DNA of 34,184 nucleotides from a bacterium (GTDB lineage Bacteria; RUG730): NCBI GenBank assembly GCA_031551405.1, contig JAVBNQ010000004.1, positions 1 to 34,184 of the forward strand, read 5' to 3'. Shown piece by piece: positions 26,636 to 34,184 of this stretch (position 1 is its first letter; each line of letters starts with the position of its first letter). The notes under the pieces were generated by a model. It saw only the letters and a program-made list of their open reading frames with translations, ran no database searches and was not told where the DNA came from. The position numbers and the translations under genes were made by a program.

Positions 26636-29116
26636 CTAAAACGCATAACTAACTTTTAGATTCACTTCCTGATCAGTATAATCGTCTCGCATTTCCATCG
26701 TGTAGCCAACTCCAACATTGAACTTCTCATACATCGTCAAATCAACTCCAAGTTTTATGCGAATAGCGTCACCAATTTCTGCTCCTTTTATTTTCCATTC
26801 GCTATTAGACGAAGCCAAAAATCTTCCAGTCGTTTCCGTCTGTTTATTTCCCAAATTAAATCCATAACTCACGTCCAAAAATGAGCTTAAATAATTTGCG
26901 TATTTTTTGTCAAATTTCATTGCATTCGTAAATTTCAAGCCTATCGGAAGCTCAATAACATTTGTTTCCATTTTGTCAATAATTCGGCTAAGACTAGCTT
27001 CTCCTTTTTCTACAAAAGATTCAGTCGCGATTCTAGCTGCATTGATTCCAACATGTGGAACTATTTGCGATTTTATGCTTGCGATTTCATATGCCAAATA
27101 CCCAAATTCTCCATTTAATCCAACCAAATTCGTATCATATTCGCCTTCAGTTTTCGCATTAAATAATTTGTAATATGTTTCTTCTTTGTTCGTTGAAAAG
27201 CCGAAATCAACTCCTGTATTCAAATACCATTTTTCTTCGTTGTAGCTTCCATAAAGGCTAAAAAGCGTTCCGTAGATTGTAGTTTTTGTGCTGTCATTTT
27301 TGGATTTTACTTCGCCATTGTCAAGATGAACAGCTCCTCCGATTACAATTTTATCCAAAACTCTGTCATAACCAATCGTAATTCCCGTCGGATCATAGTC
27401 GTAACCAATATTTTTGTCTTGGTCTTTCTGTTCAATTTTTCTCGAAGATATCATCGCCCAAACTTTGTTTTTTTCTGCTGCATTATAATTCATGTCAGTC
27501 ATAAGGCCCAAAGCTGCAAATTGCGTTCCTTCCCGGCTGTCCGCAAAATGGAAATTATCGAGCCTGTTTCCAATACGTCTGTTCAAAGTATTTATTTGTC
27601 CAAAAGTCGCTTGATTTGACGCAAAAAATATGTCGCCGGTTAAAGTTTTTCCAAAATCCTGCAAATCTTTTTGCAAACTTTCAGATATATATCCGGTAGC
27701 ATAAATATTGTCAAATAAATCTTTTTGTTCTTGACTCAAAACGCCTTTTGTTCTGAATAAGTCGATTATTGGGTCAAATTTAAATACTTCGCCTAAACTT
27801 TTTACATTTAAAATCAAGTCAAAATTTTTGCCAGCTGCATTCTCTGAGTTTTCCGTAAAATAGGCTTTCAGTAAATTATTCGTGTAAACAAATGAGCTGT
27901 TTTCTCCGGCAACATAAGAGTTCGTATCATTTGTGATTATGTAATTTTGTAAACTTTGTTTCCCGTCTGCTATATTTCCGATTCCTTCGAGTTTTAATTT
28001 TACTCCGTCTTTTATTTCCACTCTTTTTGCAGTCAATTGCGCAGATGAATTTGTAACAAAAGTAGTCTCAGATTCTATTGTAATTTTTGTATCTAGATTT
28101 GGATTTAGATAGAGGTTGGAATTATTTTGCAAAATAAATGTCCCGCTTGATATTGTAAAATCAGTATCAGAATTAAATCTATTATCTCCTCGCAAACTCC
28201 AAGTTCCAAGCCCTGTTTTATCTATCTTTACTTTTCCTATTCCGGGAGCTGATGTAAAAGGATCTTCTATTTTCAAAGTTTTTTGATCAGCTATGTCAAA
28301 ATTTATTTTTATCATCTCGTTGAGAGTCGAAGGATTGATATACATAAAATTTCCTATACCGTTTGCTTTATTTCCTTCCCAAACTGTTTCAGTATCAGCA
28401 GAATCTGTGATAGCAAAATTTATATTTGCGTTCACATCCGCATATATTGCTCCGCCAAAATAAGCTGCTTCGTTATTTCTAAATGTCGAATTAAAAAAAT
28501 TAGCCGTACCAAACTTTATATATGTGCCGCCTCCATACGCAGCCTTATTATTTTCAAACAAAGCGCTTCCCGCAATATTTAAAGCCGCAGTATTGAGATA
28601 AATAGCGCCGCCGTAGCCGGAAAGAGAATTAGCTTCGTTATTTCTAAAGGTCGCATTAAAAAAATTAGCCATACTTCTCGAATCTATTATACATAAACCG
28701 CCGCCGGTTTTTGCCTTATTATTTTCAAACAAAGCGTTTCCTGTAACATTTAACGTTGTAGAATCTTTCATATAAACTGCTCCGCCATTTGAATTTCTAG
28801 CTTCATTATTTTTGAAAGTGACATCCGCAAAATTTGCTTTTGCAGAATTTTGTAAATATAAAGCTCCGCCTAAACCATTTGTAGTGGATTTGTTTGTCTC
28901 GAATAATGCATCTTTATTAAAATTTAAAATTGCATTTTGCTGAGCAAATATTGCTCCGCCATTTGCTCCGGTTTCATTATTTCTAAAAATAGCGTTCTCA
29001 AAATTACTTACTGAAGTAGACTCTGCATAATAAGCTCCACCATTAGACGGAGCTTTATTTCCTTCAAATAAAACATCATTTTTAAAAGAAGAAGTAGAAA
29101 CGCCCAATATATACAT
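26636..29116 (-). CDS. Autotransporter C-terminal fragment: Pmp repeats, PATR-like motif and beta-barrel
   Basis: NGGAYY, NGGAIF, LGGALY, NGGAVY, YGGAIY, FGGAIY alternate with FENN/FRNN; KTGLGTWSLRGDNRF; barrel from KVW (~27460) ending in VSYAF. Confidence 0.8.
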   Translation of the reverse strand: MYILGVSTSSFKNDVLFEGNKAPSNGGAYYAESTSVSNFENAIFRNNETGANGGAIFAQQNAILNFNKDALFETNKSTTNGLGGALYLQNSAKANFADVTFKNNEARNSNGGAVYMKDSTTLNVTGNALFENNKAKTGGGLCIIDSRSMANFFNATFRNNEANSLSGYGGAIYLNTAALNIAGSALFENNKAAYGGGTYIKFGTANFFNSTFRNNEAAYFGGAIYADVNANINFAITDSADTETVWEGNKANGIGNFMYINPSTLNEMIKINFDIADQKTLKIEDPFTSAPGIGKVKIDKTGLGTWSLRGDNRFNSDTDFTISSGTFILQNNSNLYLNPNLDTKITIESETTFVTNSSAQLTAKRVEIKDGVKLKLEGIGNIADGKQSLQNYIITNDTNSYVAGENSSFVYTNNLLKAYFTENSENAAGKNFDLILNVKSLGEVFKFDPIIDLFRTKGVLSQEQKDLFDNIYATGYISESLQKDLQDFGKTLTGDIFFASNQATFGQINTLNRRIGNRLDNFHFADSREGTQFAALGLMTDMNYNAAEKNKVWAMISSRKIEQKDQDKNIGYDYDPTGITIGYDRVLDKIVIGGAVHLDNGEVKSKNDSTKTTIYGTLFSLYGSYNEEKWYLNTGVDFGFSTNKEETYYKLFNAKTEGEYDTNLVGLNGEFGYLAYEIASIKSQIVPHVGINAARIATESFVEKGEASLSRIIDKMETNVIELPIGLKFTNAMKFDKKYANYLSSFLDVSYGFNLGNKQTETTGRFLASSNSEWKIKGAEIGDAIRIKLGVDLTMYEKFNVGVGYTMEMRDDYTDQEVNLKVSYAF
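28467..28736. repeat. Recent internal duplication within the passenger repeats (period 165-171 bp)
   Basis: gccttattattttcaaacaaagcg identical at 28542-28565 and 28713-28736; 39-bp block with 2 mismatches at 28467-28505 and 28632-28670. Confidence 0.85.
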
Positions 29117-30176
29117 GGCTCCTTGAAGCTATTGAAGAATTATTTAAAAATTGAACTTTATCATTAAAAATAACCGTACCGGCATTTACAAGTAAAGCGC
29201 CACCGGAATTGGTTGTATTTGACGAAAATGTGACTTTATTTTCAAAAATAAGCAAAGAATTATCGTACGCCACGCATATTGCTGAACCTTCATTAGTTCC
29301 AATATTGTTCTTAAATTCAGCCGCGCCCTTTACAACTCCTGTTGAACCATTGAGAATAGCCAATGCTCCGTATCCGGATGAATTGTTTTCAAAAGTAACG
29401 CCTGAATTAAAAATCAGACAGGATTTATTGTCTGCTAAAATAGCTCCTCCGCTTTTACCGGCGCCGGACTTATTGTTTGAAAAAGTTGCCGTTCCATTAA
29501 ATGTTGCTGAAGATTTGTCCAAATAAATCGCGCCGCCGGAATTGGTTGAAATATTATTTTCAAATAACGCATCTCCTGTGAAATTTACGTTGACATTGGT
29601 ACCTGCATAAATCGCGCCGCCATAGTTGACAGCTTCATTATTTTTAAAAGTTGCGTTTGCAAAATTTAGGCTTACGTTATCATATGCGCGAATCGCTCCT
29701 CCACTGTTATTGGTGGATTTATTGTTTGCAAAAACTACGTTTGTAAATGTTGCAGTTGAATTCTCAATATTGACTGCGCCGCCGGGATTTGCTCCTGAAT
29801 TTCCGCCTTCAAATTTTATATTTTCAACATTAAAAAGGCTGCCGTTTGAAATATTAAAAAATCTATTTGCGATTGTTCCGGTGCTAATCGACATTTGCGC
29901 GCCAAAGGAAGATTTGAGAGTAATTTTCATATTCGAAATATTGAATGTTGAAACTGAAGTGCTTTTATCGTCTTTATGCAAAACTATCGTGTCCCCGTCA
30001 CCCAAAACATTCGCTAACCTCAGTGCCTCCAAAGTCGTATAAGTTTCTCCGACATTTATGTTATACGTCGCAGCTTGTAAATTGAAGCTCGAAAAAAACA
30101 GAAGACTCGCTAAAAAAATCGAAGTAATTTTCTTGAAATTTTTGAATTTAGAAAAAAAATTTGAGTTTTTAGACAT
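29082..30176 (-). CDS. Autotransporter N-terminal fragment: signal peptide and Pmp-like passenger repeats
   Basis: Signal peptide KKITSIFLASLLFFSSFNLQA; six GGA(V/I/L) motifs with FxNN; the last 13 residues are out-of-frame sequence. Confidence 0.8.
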   Translation of the reverse strand: MSKNSNFFSKFKNFKKITSIFLASLLFFSSFNLQAATYNINVGETYTTLEALRLANVLGDGDTIVLHKDDKSTSVSTFNISNMKITLKSSFGAQMSISTGTIANRFFNISNGSLFNVENIKFEGGNSGANPGGAVNIENSTATFTNVVFANNKSTNNSGGAIRAYDNVSLNFANATFKNNEAVNYGGAIYAGTNVNVNFTGDALFENNISTNSGGAIYLDKSSATFNGTATFSNNKSGAGKSGGAILADNKSCLIFNSGVTFENNSSGYGALAILNGSTGVVKGAAEFKNNIGTNEGSAICVAYDNSLLIFENKVTFSSNTTNSGGALLVNAGTVIFNDKVQFLNNSSIASRSHVYIGRFYFFF

Positions 30177-30222
30177 GAAAAAGCCCCTTTGAGTTTTTTT
30201 CTAATTTACAAATTACTAAAAT

Positions 30223-33200
30223 TTATTCCGCGCTTTCGCTCATCTTTTTGAGCATCGCGTATTTTTGTTTTGCAAGTCTATCAGCTTCTTTTATGAGAGC
30301 CTCCGACATTTCAGGATCAGATTTTTTCAGCATTTTGTATCTGTTCTCATTATAAACATAATCTGCTACAGAAATCGTAGGTTCTTTGCTGTCGAGCTTG
30401 AATGGATTTTTGCCCTCGAGACCAAGAGTAGGATTGTATCTATAAAGCTGCCAATGTCCGCTGGCAACCGCTTTTTTCTGTTGCTCGAGACCTTGAGCCA
30501 AATCATAACCGTGAGCCACGCAGTGAGCATAAGCAATCACGAGAGCTGGTCCATCGTAGCTTTCAGCTTCAACAAGAGCTCTGATAAGTTGATTTGGATC
30601 TGCTCCGAGAGCAACTTTTGCGACATAAATGTGCCCATAGCTCATAGCAATCATTCCCATATCTTTTTTTGCAACTCGTTTTCCGGAGGCAGCAAATTTT
30701 GCTACTGCTCCGAGCGGAGTTGATTTTGAAGCCTGTCCGCCAGTATTCGAATAAACTTCTGTGTCTAGGATCAAAATTTTGACATTTTCGCCGGACGCCA
30801 AAACGTGGTCGAGTCCGCCGAATCCGATATCATACGCCCAGCCGTCTCCGCCTAGACCCCAAACGGATTTTTTCACCAAATAATCCGCCAAACTTAAAAG
30901 CTGTTTCGCTTCTTCTGACTCGCAGCTGGAAATCAATTCTTTTAATTTTGCGATATTTTTTCGCATTTCGTCGATTTCTTTTTGATTAGTTTGAAGAGAA
31001 TTTTTTATTTCAGTCAATAAATTTTTCAAATCAGGAGTATTGCAATCGCAGGATTTTTCCAAAATTTTATCAATCAATTCTTTTGCAAAACCATTGAATT
31101 TGTCTACAGTCATTCTCATTCCGAGAGCAAATTCAGCATTGTCCTCAAAAAGCGAGTTAGACCAAGCAGGACCTCGTCCATCTTTGTTGGTCGTGTAAGG
31201 AGTTGTAGGCAAATTTCCGCCGTAAATCGACGAACACCCCGTCGCATTTGCCACCAAAAGTCTATCTCCAAAAAGTTGCGTCAAAAGCTTGACATACGAA
31301 GTCTCGCCGCAACCTGCGCAAGCTCCAGAAAATTCGAATAATGGCGTGCAAAGCTGCGCTCCTTTCAAAGTATTTTTGTCCATGTGTTCGTCTTCTGGCA
31401 AATTCAAGAAAAATTCAAAATTCTTTTCTTCTTCGTCTCTAACAGGTTCCTGAGGAATCATTTTGAGAGCGATTTTTTCAGCTGGAAGAGGACACGAAGA
31501 AACGCACAAAGCGCAACCGGTACAATCTTCCGGCGCGACTTGAACTGTAAATTTTTTGCCTTCCAAGCCTTTTCCAATCGCATTTGCGGATTTCCAGGTT
31601 TGCGGCGCTTTTTCCAAAATTTTTTCGTCGTAAATTTTCATTCGAATTACGCCGTGCGGACAAACTGTCGAGCATCTTCCGCATTGAATACAAGTATTCA
31701 AATTCCACTCCGGAATATGAACCGCAATATTTCGTTTTTCGTATTTTGTCGTCCCGACCGGCCAAGTTCCGTCGTCTGGCATTTCGGAAACTTTTATGCT
31801 CGTTCCTTCTCGTTTCAAAATTTTACTCGTCACATTTTTCACAAAAGCAGGAACGTTTTCAGGAACAACTTTCAACTCATCAATTTGCCCGATTTCAACA
31901 TTTTGCGTATCAACCAAAACGATTTTTGAGAGAGCCGCGTCTACAGCTGCAATATTCATATTCACAACTGCGTCGCCTTTTTTGCCATAAGTTTTTTTGA
32001 TTGCGTCTTTTATTGCTTCGATTGCGATATTTTCGTCGATAACTTTCGAAATTTTGAAAAACGCAGTTTGCATTATCACATTTATTCTCGAGCCAAGTCC
32101 AAGATCTTCCGCGATTTTTATCGCGTCGATTATGTAAAATTTTAATTTTTTGTCAATTATTTGTTTTTTTACTCTGTTCGGAATGTGTTTCCAAATTTCT
32201 TCTTTTGAAAATGGCGAAGTGAGCAAAAATACAGCTCCGTCTTTTGCGCTGTCGAGCATGTTGTATTTGTTGATGAATGAAAAATTGTGGCAAGCAACAA
32301 AATCAGCTTTTGTGATCAAATACGGACTCATTATAGGGTTTTTGCCAAATCTGAGATGAGAAACTGTCATTGTGCCGGCTTTTTTTGAGTCGTATTCAAA
32401 GTAGCCTTGAGTGTAATTATCGGTTTTTGTTGCAATGATTTTTATGGAATTTTTGTTAGCTCCGACTGTTCCGTCAGATCCAAGTCCATAAAATATTGCT
32501 TGATGAGTTTGCGAGTCGTCGATGTGAAAATTTTCGTCTAAAGATAAACTTGTGTGGGTAATGTCGTCATTAATTCCGACTGTGAAATGATTTTTTGGAG
32601 TGTCTAAACTTAAATTGTCAAAAATCGCTTTTACCATGCTAGGCGTGAATTCTGCTGATCCGAGCCCAAATCTTCCGCCGATTATTTTCGGATAATGCTC
32701 GAATTTTTTGTTGCCTTGCTCCATTGCCTCGCCGATCGCTGTTCGAACGTCTTCGTATAAAGGCTCGCCCAAAGAACCAGGTTCTTTCGTTCTGTCTAAG
32801 ACTGCGATTTTTTTCACGGATTTTGGCATTGCATTTATAAAATCTATCGTCTGCCAAGGTCTAAATAATCTGACTTTTAAAACTCCAACTTTTTCGCCTT
32901 TTTTGAGCAAATAATTTACTGTTTCATGAATGACTTCTGCTCCTGAGCCCATTACAACAATCACTTTTTCTGCGTCGCTAGCTCCGACGTAATCAAACAA
33001 ATGATATTGTCTGCCTGTAAGTTTCGCGAATTTGTCCATATATTTTTGAACAATATTTGGACAAGCGTCGTAATATTTGTTCCCGACTTCTCGTCCTTGG
33101 AAATAAACGTCAGGATTTTGTGAAGTTCCTCTGATCGCAGGATTGTCCGGCGTCAAACCCCTTTTTCTATGAGCTTTCACTAATTTGTCGTCGATCATTT

Positions 33201-33777
33201 CTTTCATATCTTCAAAAGTCAATTCTTCGATTTTTTGAATCTCGTGTGATATTCTAAAACCTTCAAAAAAATGCACGAATGGAACTCTCGCTTCAAGCGT
33301 CGCTGCTTGAGAAATTAACGCAAAATCCATTGCTTCCTGAACATTGCTCGAAGCCAGCATCGCCCAACCAGTCGCTCTACACGCCATCACATCACTGTGA
33401 TCGCCGAAAATATTTAGCGCTTGAGCTGCAATAGCTCGAGCTGCTACGTGAAAAACTGTAGGCGTAAGTTCGCCGGCAATTTTGTACATATTTGGAATCA
33501 TGAGAAGTAAACCTTGAGATGCTGTAAACGTCGTAGACAAAGCTCCGCTAGTAAGCGCTCCGTGAACTGCTCCGGCTGCTCCGGCTTCTGACTGCAATTC
33601 TGCAACTTTTGGGATAGTGCCCCATATATTTTTTTCTCCACGAGCTGTTTTCTCGTCGCAAACTTCTCCCATCGGAGACGAAGGCGTTATTGGGTAAATT
33701 GCTATCACTTCATTTGTGGCGTGAGCCACATGAGCCACCGCGCTGTTTCCGTCCATTGACACTTGTCTACGTTTCAT
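30223..33777 (-). CDS. nifJ: Pyruvate:ferredoxin (flavodoxin) oxidoreductase, homodimeric
   Basis: 1184 aa; YPITPSS, QSEAGAAG, FTASQGLLLMIPN, GLGSDGTVGANK, CIQCGRCSTVCP, CTGCALCVSSCP, FSGACAGCGE, GGDGWAYDIG. Confidence 0.98.
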   Translation of the reverse strand: MKRRQVSMDGNSAVAHVAHATNEVIAIYPITPSSPMGEVCDEKTARGEKNIWGTIPKVAELQSEAGAAGAVHGALTSGALSTTFTASQGLLLMIPNMYKIAGELTPTVFHVAARAIAAQALNIFGDHSDVMACRATGWAMLASSNVQEAMDFALISQAATLEARVPFVHFFEGFRISHEIQKIEELTFEDMKEMIDDKLVKAHRKRGLTPDNPAIRGTSQNPDVYFQGREVGNKYYDACPNIVQKYMDKFAKLTGRQYHLFDYVGASDAEKVIVVMGSGAEVIHETVNYLLKKGEKVGVLKVRLFRPWQTIDFINAMPKSVKKIAVLDRTKEPGSLGEPLYEDVRTAIGEAMEQGNKKFEHYPKIIGGRFGLGSAEFTPSMVKAIFDNLSLDTPKNHFTVGINDDITHTSLSLDENFHIDDSQTHQAIFYGLGSDGTVGANKNSIKIIATKTDNYTQGYFEYDSKKAGTMTVSHLRFGKNPIMSPYLITKADFVACHNFSFINKYNMLDSAKDGAVFLLTSPFSKEEIWKHIPNRVKKQIIDKKLKFYIIDAIKIAEDLGLGSRINVIMQTAFFKISKVIDENIAIEAIKDAIKKTYGKKGDAVVNMNIAAVDAALSKIVLVDTQNVEIGQIDELKVVPENVPAFVKNVTSKILKREGTSIKVSEMPDDGTWPVGTTKYEKRNIAVHIPEWNLNTCIQCGRCSTVCPHGVIRMKIYDEKILEKAPQTWKSANAIGKGLEGKKFTVQVAPEDCTGCALCVSSCPLPAEKIALKMIPQEPVRDEEEKNFEFFLNLPEDEHMDKNTLKGAQLCTPLFEFSGACAGCGETSYVKLLTQLFGDRLLVANATGCSSIYGGNLPTTPYTTNKDGRGPAWSNSLFEDNAEFALGMRMTVDKFNGFAKELIDKILEKSCDCNTPDLKNLLTEIKNSLQTNQKEIDEMRKNIAKLKELISSCESEEAKQLLSLADYLVKKSVWGLGGDGWAYDIGFGGLDHVLASGENVKILILDTEVYSNTGGQASKSTPLGAVAKFAASGKRVAKKDMGMIAMSYGHIYVAKVALGADPNQLIRALVEAESYDGPALVIAYAHCVAHGYDLAQGLEQQKKAVASGHWQLYRYNPTLGLEGKNPFKLDSKEPTISVADYVYNENRYKMLKKSDPEMSEALIKEADRLAKQKYAMLKKMSESAE

Positions 33778-33864
33778 TTATTTGGTTCCTCCAGAGTCTA
33801 AAGATTTTGTCATTTTATCAAAAAAAGTCTTGTTTAGCAATTTTTTAATATCGCAAAACACAAT

Positions 33865-34184
33865 TTATTCGACATAATTTCCGCTTTTAATTGGATTAAA
33901 ATTTTTCAGAGAAATTTTTTCTTTGAAACAAAAAATTAATCCCGTAATTGTCACAATCACAATTTGCAATAGATGTAAAACTAACGCATATGCAACAGCA
34001 AGCTCTTTATCTACGCCAAAAAGGCCTAAAGCAAAAATACAAGCTCCCTCGAAAACCCCGACATATCCCGGTCCAGACGGAATTAAAGTACTGAAACAAA
34101 CACAAATCATCACAAGCATAAACGGAAAAATTCCGATATGAAATCCAAAAGAATTACCAATTAAATAAAACGGAATTCCATCAA
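33865..34184 (-). CDS. C-terminal part of a lysylphosphatidylglycerol-synthase-TM / UPF0104 flippase-like membrane protein (5' end outside the window)
   Basis: Frame open to the window edge; IPSGPGYVGVFEGAC..AL.LFGV...AVAYALVLH motif. Confidence 0.8.
   Translation of the reverse strand, partial: DGIPFYLIGNSFGFHIGIFPFMLVMICVCFSTLIPSGPGYVGVFEGACIFALGLFGVDKELAVAYALVLHLLQIVIVTITGLIFCFKEKISLKNFNPIKSGNYVE

Larger units (their letters stand above)
26636..30176 (-). pseudogene. Pmp-like autotransporter (signal peptide, GGA(I/L/V)/FxxN repeat passenger, beta-barrel) interrupted by one frameshift near 29123
   Basis: Two overlapping ORFs share one repeat type. The minus-strand junction reads gct tca A gga gcc atg tat, and restoring the frame gives FLNNSSIAS-GAMYI, an in-register repeat. 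Confidence 0.8.

Noticed and set aside
29100-30176. Slipped-strand phase variation of the autotransporter
   Set aside because: The frameshift site has no homopolymer or short repeat tract, and A/T runs elsewhere in the gene are ubiquitous in this genome.
30900-31080. Extra cysteines (SCDC...SCE) in the PFOR C-terminal domain as a new metal site
   Set aside because: They lie in a variable helical insert, and significance cannot be judged without an alignment.
831-34141. Numerous plus-strand ORFs and short nested minus-strand ORFs in the supplied track
   Set aside because: They overlap well-supported minus-strand genes, show no family motifs, and read as antisense or alternate-frame shadows.

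Overview
AT-rich bacterial chromosome segment in which every credible gene lies on the minus strand. Most of it is anaerobic housekeeping: pyruvate:ferredoxin oxidoreductase, ychF, panD, an hpf-ptsN-hprK-rapZ-yvcK-mannose-class PTS IIA/IIB/IIC string, glmS, yhaM, a split NfnAB-type transhydrogenase pair flanking an aroK-aroB fusion and glyA, a PPi-type phosphofructokinase, gcvH and gcvPA. Two large exported proteins point to host interaction. The first is a 1612-aa signal-peptide protein (2297..7135) containing a complete eukaryote-like ubiquitin-specific protease (USP/peptidase C19) domain with intact Cys730/His976/Asp991-992, flanked by a TraB/ChaN-like N-terminal region and an HExxE-containing C-terminal region. 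The second is a chlamydial-Pmp-like autotransporter broken by one frameshift. An unannotated 23-aa Cys-containing ORF with a perfect RBS and a strong terminator (attenuator-like) lies upstream of the USP gene. The gene content suggests a diderm anaerobe associated with a eukaryote (Elusimicrobiota/Endomicrobium-like is my unverified guess). No rRNA, tRNA, CRISPR array or transposase was seen. All calls come from motif recognition by eye; no searches were run.
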